A DNA stretch of 64,000 nucleotides from Verrucomicrobiota bacterium. GTDB taxonomy: Bacteria > Verrucomicrobiota > Verrucomicrobiia > Limisphaerales > Palsa-1400. Both the position numbers and the translations under genes were made by a program. Within the stretch, counting starts at the first letter, position 1, and every line of letters begins with the position of its first letter. The DNA lies in the NCBI GenBank assembly GCA_050011995.1, contig JBEKIA010000002.1, positions 486 through 64,485 of the forward strand, given 5' to 3'. Of the stretch, positions 8,285-19,270 are shown in pieces. The notes under the pieces are model-generated. The model ran no database searches. It saw only the letters and a program-made list of their open reading frames with translations, and was not told the origin of the DNA.

Positions 8285-9968
8285 GGTCCTGTTTGGCACG
8301 ATGCTGGGAATCGCGGCCTACGGCATCTGGCGGACGCGCGGCCAGCGGGGGTTGAGCGCCTACCTCAAAGGAAGCGGCACGACCGGCTGGGTCACCATCG
8401 GGCTTTCCGTCATGGCCACGCAGGCCAGCGCCATTACTTTCATCTCCACGCCGGGACAGGGTTATGAGGACGGGCTGGGTTTCGTGCAGAATTATTTTGG
8501 GATGCCGCTGGCGTTGATCCTTATCGCGGCGGTTTTTCTGCCAATGTTCCGGCGCTGGAACGTTTATACGGCGTATGAGTTTCTCGGCCGGCGCTTCGAC
8601 ACCAAGACGCGGCTGCTGGGCGCGGGGCTGTTTCTCCTTCAGCGCGGCCTGGGCGCGGGCATCACCATTTACGCGCCCGCCATTATTCTTTCCACCGTGT
8701 TCGGATGGCCGCTGGAGCTGACCATTATATTGAGCGGATTGCTGGTGATTATTTACACCGTGACGGGCGGCAATGAAGCAGTCAGCGTGACGCAGAAATA
8801 CCAGATCCTGGTCATCTTTGGCGGCATGGCGGCGGCGCTGGCCGTGCTGCTGGAGCGGCTGTCCGGCCACCTGGCGCTCACGGACGCGTTGCACCTGGCC
8901 GGGACGTTCCACAAACTCAACGCGGTTGATTTTTCGCCGGACCCGCGCCGGCGCTACACTTTCTGGTCCGGCTTGTTTGGCGGATTGTGCCTGTCGCTGT
9001 CCTACTTCGGAACCGACCAATCGCAGGTGCAGCGTTATATCTCGGGAGCGTCGCTGCGGGAGAGCAGGCTGGGGCTGATGTTCAACGCGGTTTGCAAAAT
9101 TCCCATGCAGTTCCTCATTCTGTTGCTGGGGGTGCTGATGTTTGTCTTTTACCAATTCGAGCCGCCCCCTGTTTTCTTCAATCAATCCTCCTGGAAGGCG
9201 GCGGCGGAGCGCGACGGCGGAAAATTCCACGCTGTCGAACAAAAATTCGCCGCCGCTTGCGCGCAACAGGAGCAATCCATCCGCGACTGGCTCGACGCCC
9301 GCCGCCGCCACGACCCCGCCGCCGAAACCGCGGCGCGCGCGCGGACGCTGGCCGCGCAACGGCAAAGCGAAGCCGTCCGCGCGGAAGCCCGGGCCGCGCT
9401 GCGCCAGGCCGATGTCCACGCGCAAACCAACGACGGCGACTACGTGTTCATCACCTTCATCCTGGCGGAATTGCCGCACGGGGCGATTGGTTTGCTGGTG
9501 GCGGCGTTTTTTGCGGCGGCGTTGTCCTCCAAGGCGGCGGAACTGAGCGCGCTCGGCTCGACGACGGCGGTGGATTTTTACCGGCACCTGCTCCGGCGCG
9601 AGGCGGGGGACGCGCATTACGTGAAGGCGTCCCGCTGGTTCACGGCGATGTGGGGCCTGGTGGCGCTGGGCTTCGCGCTCTTCGCGCATTTGCAGGAGAA
9701 CCTCATCCAGGCGGTCAACATTGTCGGGTCGGTTTTTTACGGGGTGGTGCTGGGATTGTTCCTGGTTGCGTTTTTTGTGCGATGGGTGGGCGGGACGGCG
9801 GTTTTTTTCGCCGCGGTGCTGGCGCAGGAGCTGGTCTTCTGCCTCTATTTCTCCCTGAACATCAGTTATTTGTGGTACAACCTGATCGGCTGCGCCGCCT
9901 GCGTCCTGTTCAGCGTCCTCATCCAGGCGTTGGATTTTAAGAAGAAAGAGGGCAGTGGGCTGCTTTGA
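8265..9968 (+). CDS. Sodium:solute symporter (SSS) family transporter
   Basis: ORF 8073..9968 trimmed to ATG 8265 (MNPLDYLVLFGTMLGIAAYGIWRTRG). Many TM segments and a long charged cytoplasmic insertion (AAERDGGKFHAVEQKF...). Confidence 0.9.
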   Translation: MNPLDYLVLFGTMLGIAAYGIWRTRGQRGLSAYLKGSGTTGWVTIGLSVMATQASAITFISTPGQGYEDGLGFVQNYFGMPLALILIAAVFLPMFRRWNVYTAYEFLGRRFDTKTRLLGAGLFLLQRGLGAGITIYAPAIILSTVFGWPLELTIILSGLLVIIYTVTGGNEAVSVTQKYQILVIFGGMAAALAVLLERLSGHLALTDALHLAGTFHKLNAVDFSPDPRRRYTFWSGLFGGLCLSLSYFGTDQSQVQRYISGASLRESRLGLMFNAVCKIPMQFLILLLGVLMFVFYQFEPPPVFFNQSSWKAAAERDGGKFHAVEQKFAAACAQQEQSIRDWLDARRRHDPAAETAARARTLAAQRQSEAVRAEARAALRQADVHAQTNDGDYVFITFILAELPHGAIGLLVAAFFAAALSSKAAELSALGSTTAVDFYRHLLRREAGDAHYVKASRWFTAMWGLVALGFALFAHLQENLIQAVNIVGSVFYGVVLGLFLVAFFVRWVGGTAVFFAAVLAQELVFCLYFSLNISYLWYNLIGCAACVLFSVLIQALDFKKKEGSGLL

Positions 9969-10077
9969 AGAGTAATAAGTCGTTGAACGCCAAGACCCGC
10001 GTTTTCAAAATCCCGCAAGTGGCGGCCTGCCCTCTTCCCAGCCGCCCACCCGGCCTGACAGACTGTCGGCCAACGAT

Positions 10078-10200
10078 ATGTTTTTGCGCTATAACACCCG
10101 CAAAAAGGACGGGAAGGAACATCGCTGCTGGAGCGTGGTCGAGAACCGGCGATTGCGCGCCGGTCACACGACCCAACGCACCGTTCTCCATTTCGCTCAA
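10078..10200 (+). pseudogene. Relic 5' fragment of an IS1634/IS4-superfamily-type transposase gene
   Basis: MFLRYNTRKKDGKEHRCWSVVENRRLRAGHTTQRTVLHF resembles the N-terminus (M[FY]LR..R.KDGK.H.YW.lVE..R) of this transposase type. The frame then degenerates and no DDE domain follows. Confidence 0.45.
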
Positions 10201-10225
10201 TGCGGGACTTCAGAACGGCAGTTCG

Positions 10226-11122
10226 CTAATTGGCGGCGCGGTTTGTTGACAGCGGCGGGTTGTTGGTCCAGGGCAGGAATAATACCGGCGGGATGTTGGT
10301 CTTGATGAGTTTTCGCGGAGCCGCTTTGGCGGCGGCGGGCGGGGGCGCGCCGGCGCCGGGAGATTTGGCGATGAGCGGGGATCTCAAATTGGCGGACACG
10401 GCACGGTTTGTTGACAGCGCCGGTTTGTTGGTCGAGGGCATGAGTCTTCTTGGCGGAATGTTTGTCGTGAGGAGGGTTCCCGATGCGCCTTTGGAGTTGG
10501 TGATCCGCTTGAGGCTGGCGCTTGAAATTCCCGTGGCGGCCCGAGCCGGGGATGCTCCCGCGGAATTAGTGGATGGTCTTCCCACCGCGGCTGCCGCGGG
10601 AGCGCCGCCGGGAAGGCCGGCCGCGGGCAATCCAATGATGGCGCTGGAAGGAGCGCCGCCGGGAAGGCCGGTCGCGGGCGATCCAATGATGGCGCTGGAA
10701 GGAGCGCCGCCGGGAAGGCCGGTCGCGGGCGATCTAATGATGGCGCTGGAAGGAGCGCCGCCGGGAAGGCCGGTCGCGGGCGATCTAATGATGGCGCTGG
10801 AAGGAGCGCCGACGGGAAGGCCGGTTGCGGGCAATCCAATGATGGCGTTGGAAGGAGCGCCGACGGGAAGGCCGGTCGCGGGCAATCTAATGATGGCATT
10901 GGAAGGAGTGCCGGCGGGAAGGCCGGTCGCGGGCAATCCAATGATGGCGTTGGAAGGAGCGCCGACGAGAGGCTGCGCATTGACCGGGCCAGCCGGAGGA
11001 GCGTTTGTCTGGGCCGGAAGACCCGTGGCCAACGCGGCCATCAAAACGAAGACCGCGAGCAGAATCAGCCCCAATTGTGCCGGGCATAATTTGGCCTTGA
11101 GGAATGGTTTTGTGCTATTCAT
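10226..11122 (-). CDS. Secreted Pro/Gly/Ala-rich tandem-repeat protein
   Basis: ORF 10226..11725 trimmed to ATG 11122 (MNSTKPFLKAKLCPAQLGLILLAVFVLMAALATGLPAQ signal peptide). A 17-aa unit (GAPSNAIIGLPATGLPV) repeats about 7 times. The C-terminus has two copies of NIPP....STN..LSTNRA. The mirror ORF on the + strand was rejected. Confidence 0.7.
   Translation of the reverse strand: MNSTKPFLKAKLCPAQLGLILLAVFVLMAALATGLPAQTNAPPAGPVNAQPLVGAPSNAIIGLPATGLPAGTPSNAIIRLPATGLPVGAPSNAIIGLPATGLPVGAPSSAIIRSPATGLPGGAPSSAIIRSPATGLPGGAPSSAIIGSPATGLPGGAPSSAIIGLPAAGLPGGAPAAAAVGRPSTNSAGASPARAATGISSASLKRITNSKGASGTLLTTNIPPRRLMPSTNKPALSTNRAVSANLRSPLIAKSPGAGAPPPAAAKAAPRKLIKTNIPPVLFLPWTNNPPLSTNRAAN
10599..10972. repeat. 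51-bp tandem repeat array (about 7.3 copies) inside the repeat-protein gene
   Basis: Units start at 10599, 10650, 10701, 10752, 10803, 10854, 10905 and 10956 (ggagcgccgccgggaaggccggtcgcgggcgatccaatgatggcgctggaa), with a few substitutions per unit. Confidence 0.9.
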
Positions 11123-11335
11123 GGAATCAATATAGCCCAAAAGCGCGCCGACGCCATAATGTATTCTTAATCCTAATTCTACTCTCATATTGTCTAATCC
11201 AAACCCGGATGATGCGGTTTCCAGCGCCGCAGGTTTAGGGCGCGGAAAAACGGTTCCCCGCCAAAGGAAATGTTCTCGCTTTGACAAGCTGGCGGCTCTA
11301 TATTGGCAGAATACGGATGCACAACAGCCGGAATT

Positions 11336-11971
11336 ATGAGCATGACCAAGACTAAAATCGCCATCGCCGTCGCCCTCGCCGCCCTGGCGGCGCTGGCGGC
11401 GGTGCAGTATCAAACCATCCAGCAATTGCGCCAGGAGAATGGAGATTTGAAGCAGCAGGCGGCGCAGGTCGCCCCGTTGCAGGAGAAACTGGCGAGCGCT
11501 TCGCAAGAAGCGGCCAAGGCCGCCGCCGGGCCGCTCTCGCAGGCGCAGGTGGTCGAGTTGGCGCGGTTGCGCAATGAAGTGTCGCAGTTGCGCCAGCAGA
11601 CCAACGAGCTGGGACAGGCGCGGCAGCAAATTCAAACGCTCAGTCAACGCGCGGCCGCCGAGGCGGAGGCCAGGAGGAGCTTGGAGGCGAGCGCGGTGGC
11701 GCTCCAGGCCAGCGAAGAGAAACATGTCGCGGCCATCAATGCCATGAATGCGTGCATCAGCAATCTCCGGATCATTGACTCAGCCAAAGCGCAATGGGCT
11801 TTGGAAAATCACAAGCAGAAAGGCGACACGCCAACCATGGACGATTTGCGGCCCTACATCGGCCGGGGACCGAATAGAGAGCTTCCAACCTGTCCCGACG
11901 GCGGCGCCTACACTGTTGGCGCCGTTGGCGAGAAACCAACTTGCAGCGTTGCAGCGCATGTCCTGCCTTAG
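11336..11971 (+). CDS. Membrane-anchored coiled-coil protein, function unknown
   Basis: MSMTKTKIAIAVALAALAALAAV anchor, then a Q/A/E-rich coiled coil. The Cys-containing C-terminal domain is IDSAKAQWALENHKQKGDTPT...PTCPDGGAYTVGAVGEKPTCS. The start is 11336 or 11342. Confidence 0.75.
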   Translation: MSMTKTKIAIAVALAALAALAAVQYQTIQQLRQENGDLKQQAAQVAPLQEKLASASQEAAKAAAGPLSQAQVVELARLRNEVSQLRQQTNELGQARQQIQTLSQRAAAEAEARRSLEASAVALQASEEKHVAAINAMNACISNLRIIDSAKAQWALENHKQKGDTPTMDDLRPYIGRGPNRELPTCPDGGAYTVGAVGEKPTCSVAAHVLP

Positions 11972-12139
11972 CCTTCCAAGCATGATGGTTTCTTTGTAAT
12001 CCCGGGTCCGCGGTCTAATTCCTTTGGCTGCGGCGGGCCGCGCCGTGATCTTTTGCGGCGATCATTCGGGCGCGGAACCCCTTTTTTTTTCATTTCCGGC
12101 GGGCATAAAGTCGGATAATGGTTCCACAAAGAATTTCCC

Positions 12140-14488
<2,349 letters not shown>

Positions 14489-14554
14489 TCCGGTTCCCCC
14501 TCGCGGGCAAATCGCCGGCGCCGCCCGCGCAATATATTGTTGATTTATCTTGAA

Positions 14555-15784
14555 TCAAACCGGCTCCACGAAGACGGGCGCGCCGGACAACTCCGGGGCG
14601 GGGCGCTTGAGAAACCGCGCCAGCCAGATGCAGGAAAAGGCGCACGACAGGGAAACCAGTCCCACGATGGGAAAATGAGTGATTTCGTGGTTTGGACCCT
14701 GGCCCACAATGGCCCCGCTTGCCCACGCCGCCAGGCCGCAGGAAAACTGTTGCACGGACGAATTGACGCTCATGAAACCGCCCCGGTAGCGCGATTCCAC
14801 CGCCGCCGTCATCATGGCCATGGCCGGAACGAAGCGGCCCGACATGCAGATCATGAGCAGGGTGGAGGCGGCCAGCGCCACGGCCAGCGGCACCCGCGGC
14901 AGATTCGTCACCGCGAGGATGGGAACCGCCGCCGCAAGGGACATGAGAGTGAAGACGCGCCGCTTGCCGGCCCGATCCGCCCAGCGGCCAATCCAGTTCA
15001 TGCTGAAGACGGTGCAGATTCCGCCCGACAAATAAATGAGCGGCAGTTGCCGGTCGCTCAAGCCGGCGTTGAACTCCATGTAGGTGGCCAGGTTGGTGAA
15101 GATCGTCAGCCCGGAGAACGTCAGCGCCGCCATGAAGACGAAGGCCATTTGATGATTTGGCTCCATCAACACCGCCCACAGCCGGGCGGCGGGATGCGTC
15201 TCGCGGGCGTGTTGCAAATGAGCGCGCAGAGGGGGCGCGCGCAGGAAAACCACCAGAAGAATCGGCCCGCAAATTCCGGCAATGATAAAAAACGGCACAT
15301 GCCAGGAAAACTGGGCCGCCAGCCACAGGCCCAAGGGCAGGCCGGCAATGGCGGCGACCGAGAACGACGACATCACCAGGCCCATGGCCGCGCCCCGGCG
15401 CTCTTCCGGGATGACATCCCCCACGATGGAAAGGACCAGCGCGCCGGTCACGCCGCCAAAAGCGCCGGCCACCGCCCGCGCTCCGACCAGCAGAGGGTAG
15501 GTGGGCGCCAGCGCGCACAGCAGCGTGCCCAATCCAAAACCGGCGAACAGCCGGAGCAACGCCGTCTTGCGGTCGAACAAGTCCAGAAAAAATCCGGCGG
15601 CCACCCCTGTGATTCCCGCCGCGATGGCATAAGCGGAAACGATGAGGCTGAACTGCGCCGGATTGATGCGCATGACCCGCATGTATTGCGGTTCCAGGGG
15701 GAGGATGATGACAAAATCCAGCGTCGTGCAAAACTGGATGGCCGCCAGGATGAGCAGCAGCAATCGTTCGTTTTTCAATTTCAA
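14555..15784 (-). CDS. MFS transporter
   Basis: 409 aa with about 12 hydrophobic segments. GFFLDLFDRKTALL matches the MFS loop 2-3 motif. Confidence 0.9.
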   Translation of the reverse strand: MKLKNERLLLLILAAIQFCTTLDFVIILPLEPQYMRVMRINPAQFSLIVSAYAIAAGITGVAAGFFLDLFDRKTALLRLFAGFGLGTLLCALAPTYPLLVGARAVAGAFGGVTGALVLSIVGDVIPEERRGAAMGLVMSSFSVAAIAGLPLGLWLAAQFSWHVPFFIIAGICGPILLVVFLRAPPLRAHLQHARETHPAARLWAVLMEPNHQMAFVFMAALTFSGLTIFTNLATYMEFNAGLSDRQLPLIYLSGGICTVFSMNWIGRWADRAGKRRVFTLMSLAAAVPILAVTNLPRVPLAVALAASTLLMICMSGRFVPAMAMMTAAVESRYRGGFMSVNSSVQQFSCGLAAWASGAIVGQGPNHEITHFPIVGLVSLSCAFSCIWLARFLKRPAPELSGAPVFVEPV

Positions 15785-15948
15785 TTTTCAAAATTCCGGG
15801 TTTGATTCTTCCTCCCGTTCTGCGCGCCGGCGCGAGATCTTGGGAAACGGCCGGGAAGAATCCCATGCAAAGCCGGGGAAACTTAACACGGAAGCAGCGC
15901 CGCGCCAGTGGATATTGCCCGCCTTCGCCCAACATCGCCGCGGCGCGG

Positions 15949-18015
15949 TCAGCGGGCGGCGGCGGCCAGGGCGATGAATTCGGCTTGACTGCGCCGCGGG
16001 GCGGCGGCCGGGGGCCGGCGGCGCAGGTACTTCCCGTCCGCCCGCAGATGCCACGCCTTCACATTGTCGGCCAGGCAGGTTTCCAGCACTTCGTTCTTGA
16101 GGCGCTCCCGCAACCGGCGGTCTTCCACCGGAAAGACCGCCTCGATGCGCCGGAAGAAATTTCGCGGCATCCAGTCCGGGCTGCCCATGAGAATCTCCGG
16201 CTCGCCGCCGTTCTCAAAATAGTAGATCCGGCTGTGCTCCAGGAACCGGTCCACCACGCTGCGGACGGAGATGTTGTCGCTCAGCCCCGGCCATTGCGGG
16301 CGCAGGCAACAGATGCCGCGCACCAGGAGGTCAATCTTCACCCCGGCTTGCGAGGCGCGGTAAAGCTCCTGGATGACCTCGCCGTCCAGCAGGGCGTTCA
16401 TCTTGGCGATGATGCGGGCCGGGCGGCCGCGGCGCGCGTTTTCCGCCTCGCGCAGGATGTATTGCAGGATGCGGCCGTGGAGTTGAAAGGGCGACAGGAG
16501 CAGCTTGCGCGCGGCCTGGAACCGCCCGATGCCTGTCAACAAATTAAACAGATTCGTCGCGTCTTCGCCAAAATCAGGCTGGCAGGTCAGCAGGCCCATG
16601 TCCGTGTAAAGCCGGGCCGTGGTGGGGTTGTAATTGCCGGTGCTCAGGTGAACATAGCGCCGGATGCCGTCATCATCCCGGCGGACGACCAGGCAGACTT
16701 TGCAGTGGATTTTGTAGCCCACCAGCCCATAGACCACATGGACGCCCGCCTCCTCCAGCTTGCGGCTCCACTGGATGTTGTTGGCTTCGTCGAACCGGGC
16801 GCGCAATTCCACCACCGCCGTGACTTGTTTGGCGCGGGTCGCCGCCTGCATCAGGGCGCCGATGATGCGGGTGTCGCCCCCGGTGCGGTAGAGAGTGAGC
16901 TTGATGGCCAGGACGGCGGGGTCCTGCGCCGCCTGTTCCAGGAAATCAACCACCGTGCTGAAGCTCTCGTACGGATGATGCAACAAGACGTCCCCCCGGC
17001 GGATGGCGTCGAAGAGGACGGGTTGATCCCGGACCGCCGCCGGGCGGAGGGCGGCGAACGGTTTCTCCCGCAATTGCGGGGAGTGATCGCCTTCATAAAT
17101 GGCCATGAGGCGCTCGGGCGACAGCGGGCCGTCAATCAAATAAGCGTCGTCCTCCGTCAGGCGCAAAGTTCCCAGCAGCGCCTTGCGAATCGCCTCCGGG
17201 CAGTCCTGGTCAATTTCCAGGCGGACGGCGTCGCCCTTGCGGCGGTTGTGCAGCTCGTTTTCCACGGCCTTGAGCAGATTGCCCGAGTCCTGCTCGTCAA
17301 TATAAAGCTCGCTGTTGCGCGTGACGCGAAAATGCCAGTGGCCGAGGATTTTCGTGCCGGGAAAAATCTCCCGCAAAAAATGGCCGATGACGCGGCCCAG
17401 AAAAACATAATCCCGCCCCTCGCGCGCCAGGCGGACCACGGGCGGCAGGACGCGCGGGGCCTGCACGACGGCCAGATGGCGGAGAGTCTCGGTCCCCGTT
17501 TTCATTTCCACCTGCGCGATGATGTTGAGCGATTTGTTGAGCAATTGGGGGAAGGGATGTTTGGGGTCAATGGCCAGCGGCGTGAGAACCGGCAGCACCT
17601 GGCTGCGATAAAAATTCTCCAGCCATTTCAAATCCGCGGGCGCCAGTTGCCGCGGCTCGAGAAAGCGGATGCCGCTTTTGGCCAGGGCCGGCGCCAGCTC
17701 CTGCCGCCAGCAAACATATTGGTCGCGCACCATGCGCCGGATGCGGCGCCGGACGGCGCGCAGCGTCTCCGCCGGCGTCAAGCCGTCCATCGAGCGCCCG
17801 GCCGCGCCGCTTTCGATTTGCTGTTTCAGCCCGGCCACGCGCACCTCGAAGAACTCGTCGAGATTGGAGCCGGTGATGCAAAGGAACTTGAGCCGTTCGA
17901 GGAGAGGATTGGCCGGGTCGCGCGCCTCGTTGAGGACGCGCTGGTTAAACTCCAGCCAGCTCAACTCGCGGTTGAGAAAATGGGCCGGCTCAAAATGCTG
18001 GACTGCGGCTGGCAT
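15949..18015 (-). CDS. ppk1: Polyphosphate kinase 1
   Basis: ORF 15949..18159 trimmed to ATG 18015 (MPAAVQHFEPAHFLNRELSWLEFNQRVLNEARD...). Full-length PPK1 pattern including LKFLCITGSNLDEFFEVRV and two PLD-like C-terminal domains. Confidence 0.95.
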   Translation of the reverse strand: MPAAVQHFEPAHFLNRELSWLEFNQRVLNEARDPANPLLERLKFLCITGSNLDEFFEVRVAGLKQQIESGAAGRSMDGLTPAETLRAVRRRIRRMVRDQYVCWRQELAPALAKSGIRFLEPRQLAPADLKWLENFYRSQVLPVLTPLAIDPKHPFPQLLNKSLNIIAQVEMKTGTETLRHLAVVQAPRVLPPVVRLAREGRDYVFLGRVIGHFLREIFPGTKILGHWHFRVTRNSELYIDEQDSGNLLKAVENELHNRRKGDAVRLEIDQDCPEAIRKALLGTLRLTEDDAYLIDGPLSPERLMAIYEGDHSPQLREKPFAALRPAAVRDQPVLFDAIRRGDVLLHHPYESFSTVVDFLEQAAQDPAVLAIKLTLYRTGGDTRIIGALMQAATRAKQVTAVVELRARFDEANNIQWSRKLEEAGVHVVYGLVGYKIHCKVCLVVRRDDDGIRRYVHLSTGNYNPTTARLYTDMGLLTCQPDFGEDATNLFNLLTGIGRFQAARKLLLSPFQLHGRILQYILREAENARRGRPARIIAKMNALLDGEVIQELYRASQAGVKIDLLVRGICCLRPQWPGLSDNISVRSVVDRFLEHSRIYYFENGGEPEILMGSPDWMPRNFFRRIEAVFPVEDRRLRERLKNEVLETCLADNVKAWHLRADGKYLRRRPPAAAPRRSQAEFIALAAAAR

Positions 18016-18034
18016 AGGATGCGGCAAAGGCCGC

Positions 18035-19159
18035 TCATTTCTTCTCAATGAGGAACAGGAATTCCTGGTTGGGCGCTTCCGCCTCCTGGACCCACTCGTT
18101 CGTCCAGCGCATCCCGGCCATGACATTTTTCCGGTAATCCACTTCCAGCGCCTCCACAAGCCGGCCCGCGGAGGAAATAACTTCGTTCAACTCCTCCGCG
18201 GTCGCGCGCCCGCCGGAACTGTAGGACAATATGATGTGCCTGGCGCGGGTTGCCCGGAGCAAACGCTCGATCGCATCCACGACGATGAATCGCCCGGCGG
18301 CGTTTCTTCGAAAATCCTCGAAGACGGAACTCGCCACGGTGTCCGAGGTGTCCACCCTGCGGTTGGCCTTGCCGAAAAGGTCCGGCTTGTCATTGAGGCA
18401 TATTGAAGTCCAGAGGTGATAATAGGCGGCATAGCGCACCCGCGAGGGCGGCATTTTTTCGTTATTCGAGCCGTAAGGCGGATCAAAATACGCAAGATCG
18501 GCTTCCACGTTTGGCAGCAAATCGAAAATGTCGCCTTGATGGACGGCGTGCGCGTCCGACTTCGGAATCAGCCGCGGGACCCGCAGACGCATTTTGTTGT
18601 AGGAGCGGGGCGACCACTCGTTGAGGTAGGAAGCAAAATGGCCCAGGGTGCTGTCCACCTCATCCATCGCCAGAATCAGGCTCGTCAACAAAACCGCCTG
18701 TTCGACATCCGAAACCGGCATGCGGTCAATCTCCTCGCGCATGGCGTCCAGCCGCCGCGTATTCTGCTTTTGCCACGGTTTCTTGAGGCTGTCCTGACCG
18801 GCGGAACATCCATCCTTAGGCTCACCGCCGTAATGTTCGGTAAACCACCCGTCTTTGCCGGGCAGCGCGTTGAGATGGTCAATCATCGGCTGATAATGTT
18901 CCGCCGGATGCGGATTGAGGAGGTAGCAAGTTGCAAAAACCCTGGACCAGGCGGAGATGTCATTGGCGATCACGCAATGCCCCGCTTGCGCGAGAGCCTG
19001 GGAGACCCGGGTTGTCCCGGCAAAGCCGTCCAGAACCGTTCTCGGTTTCACCTTGCGCACGAGTTGAAAAATGCAAGGAAGCAGCTTGAGCTTGGAGCCT
19101 GCGTATTTGATGCCCTCTGTCTCAGGCGCATCCACGATGAGATCTTCAAACAAATTCAA
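18035..19159 (-). CDS. Dam-type (D12 class) N6-adenine DNA methyltransferase, no adjacent endonuclease
   Basis: N-terminal IKYAGSKLKLLP, SAM pocket VLDGFAGTTRV, catalytic FDPPYGSN. Its stop lies 19 nt upstream of the ppk1 start. Confidence 0.85.
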   Translation of the reverse strand: MNLFEDLIVDAPETEGIKYAGSKLKLLPCIFQLVRKVKPRTVLDGFAGTTRVSQALAQAGHCVIANDISAWSRVFATCYLLNPHPAEHYQPMIDHLNALPGKDGWFTEHYGGEPKDGCSAGQDSLKKPWQKQNTRRLDAMREEIDRMPVSDVEQAVLLTSLILAMDEVDSTLGHFASYLNEWSPRSYNKMRLRVPRLIPKSDAHAVHQGDIFDLLPNVEADLAYFDPPYGSNNEKMPPSRVRYAAYYHLWTSICLNDKPDLFGKANRRVDTSDTVASSVFEDFRRNAAGRFIVVDAIERLLRATRARHIILSYSSGGRATAEELNEVISSAGRLVEALEVDYRKNVMAGMRWTNEWVQEAEAPNQEFLFLIEKK

Positions 19160-19270
19160 CGTTTATTACAGTTTCTTGGGCGCGCAAGTCAAACACGGCG
19201 GGCGCTTCCAAGCAGCCATTTGAACTGTTGGTTGAATACGCCGTCTTCTGAACCGTGTCGAGAATAAACG

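Noticed and set aside
10599-10972. Could the regular 51-bp array be a CRISPR array?
   Set aside because: The units are contiguous with no unique spacers, the array is in-frame coding sequence, and no cas genes are nearby.
10230-11135. 301-aa plus-strand ORF across the 51-bp repeat array (MMALEGAPPGRPVAG repeats).
   Set aside because: It is the mirror frame of the minus-strand repeat protein. It has no signal peptide or plausible start context. The minus frame has a signal peptide and an AT-rich upstream region.
15802-18051. Very long ORFs lying antisense to, or overlapping, well-supported genes. Examples: 1186..2436(-), 2279..3343(-), 8208..9689(-), 12062..13531(-), 14457..15935(-), 15802..18051(+), 20992..22737(+), 23423..26671(+), 28092..29495(+), 34996..37116(-), 40918..43497(+), 43317..44702(-), 47596..48978(+), 50355..51725(+).
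   Set aside because: These are Arg/Pro/Gly/His-rich low-complexity translations typical of shadow frames in high-GC DNA. Each overlaps a gene with clear family motifs on the other strand or frame.
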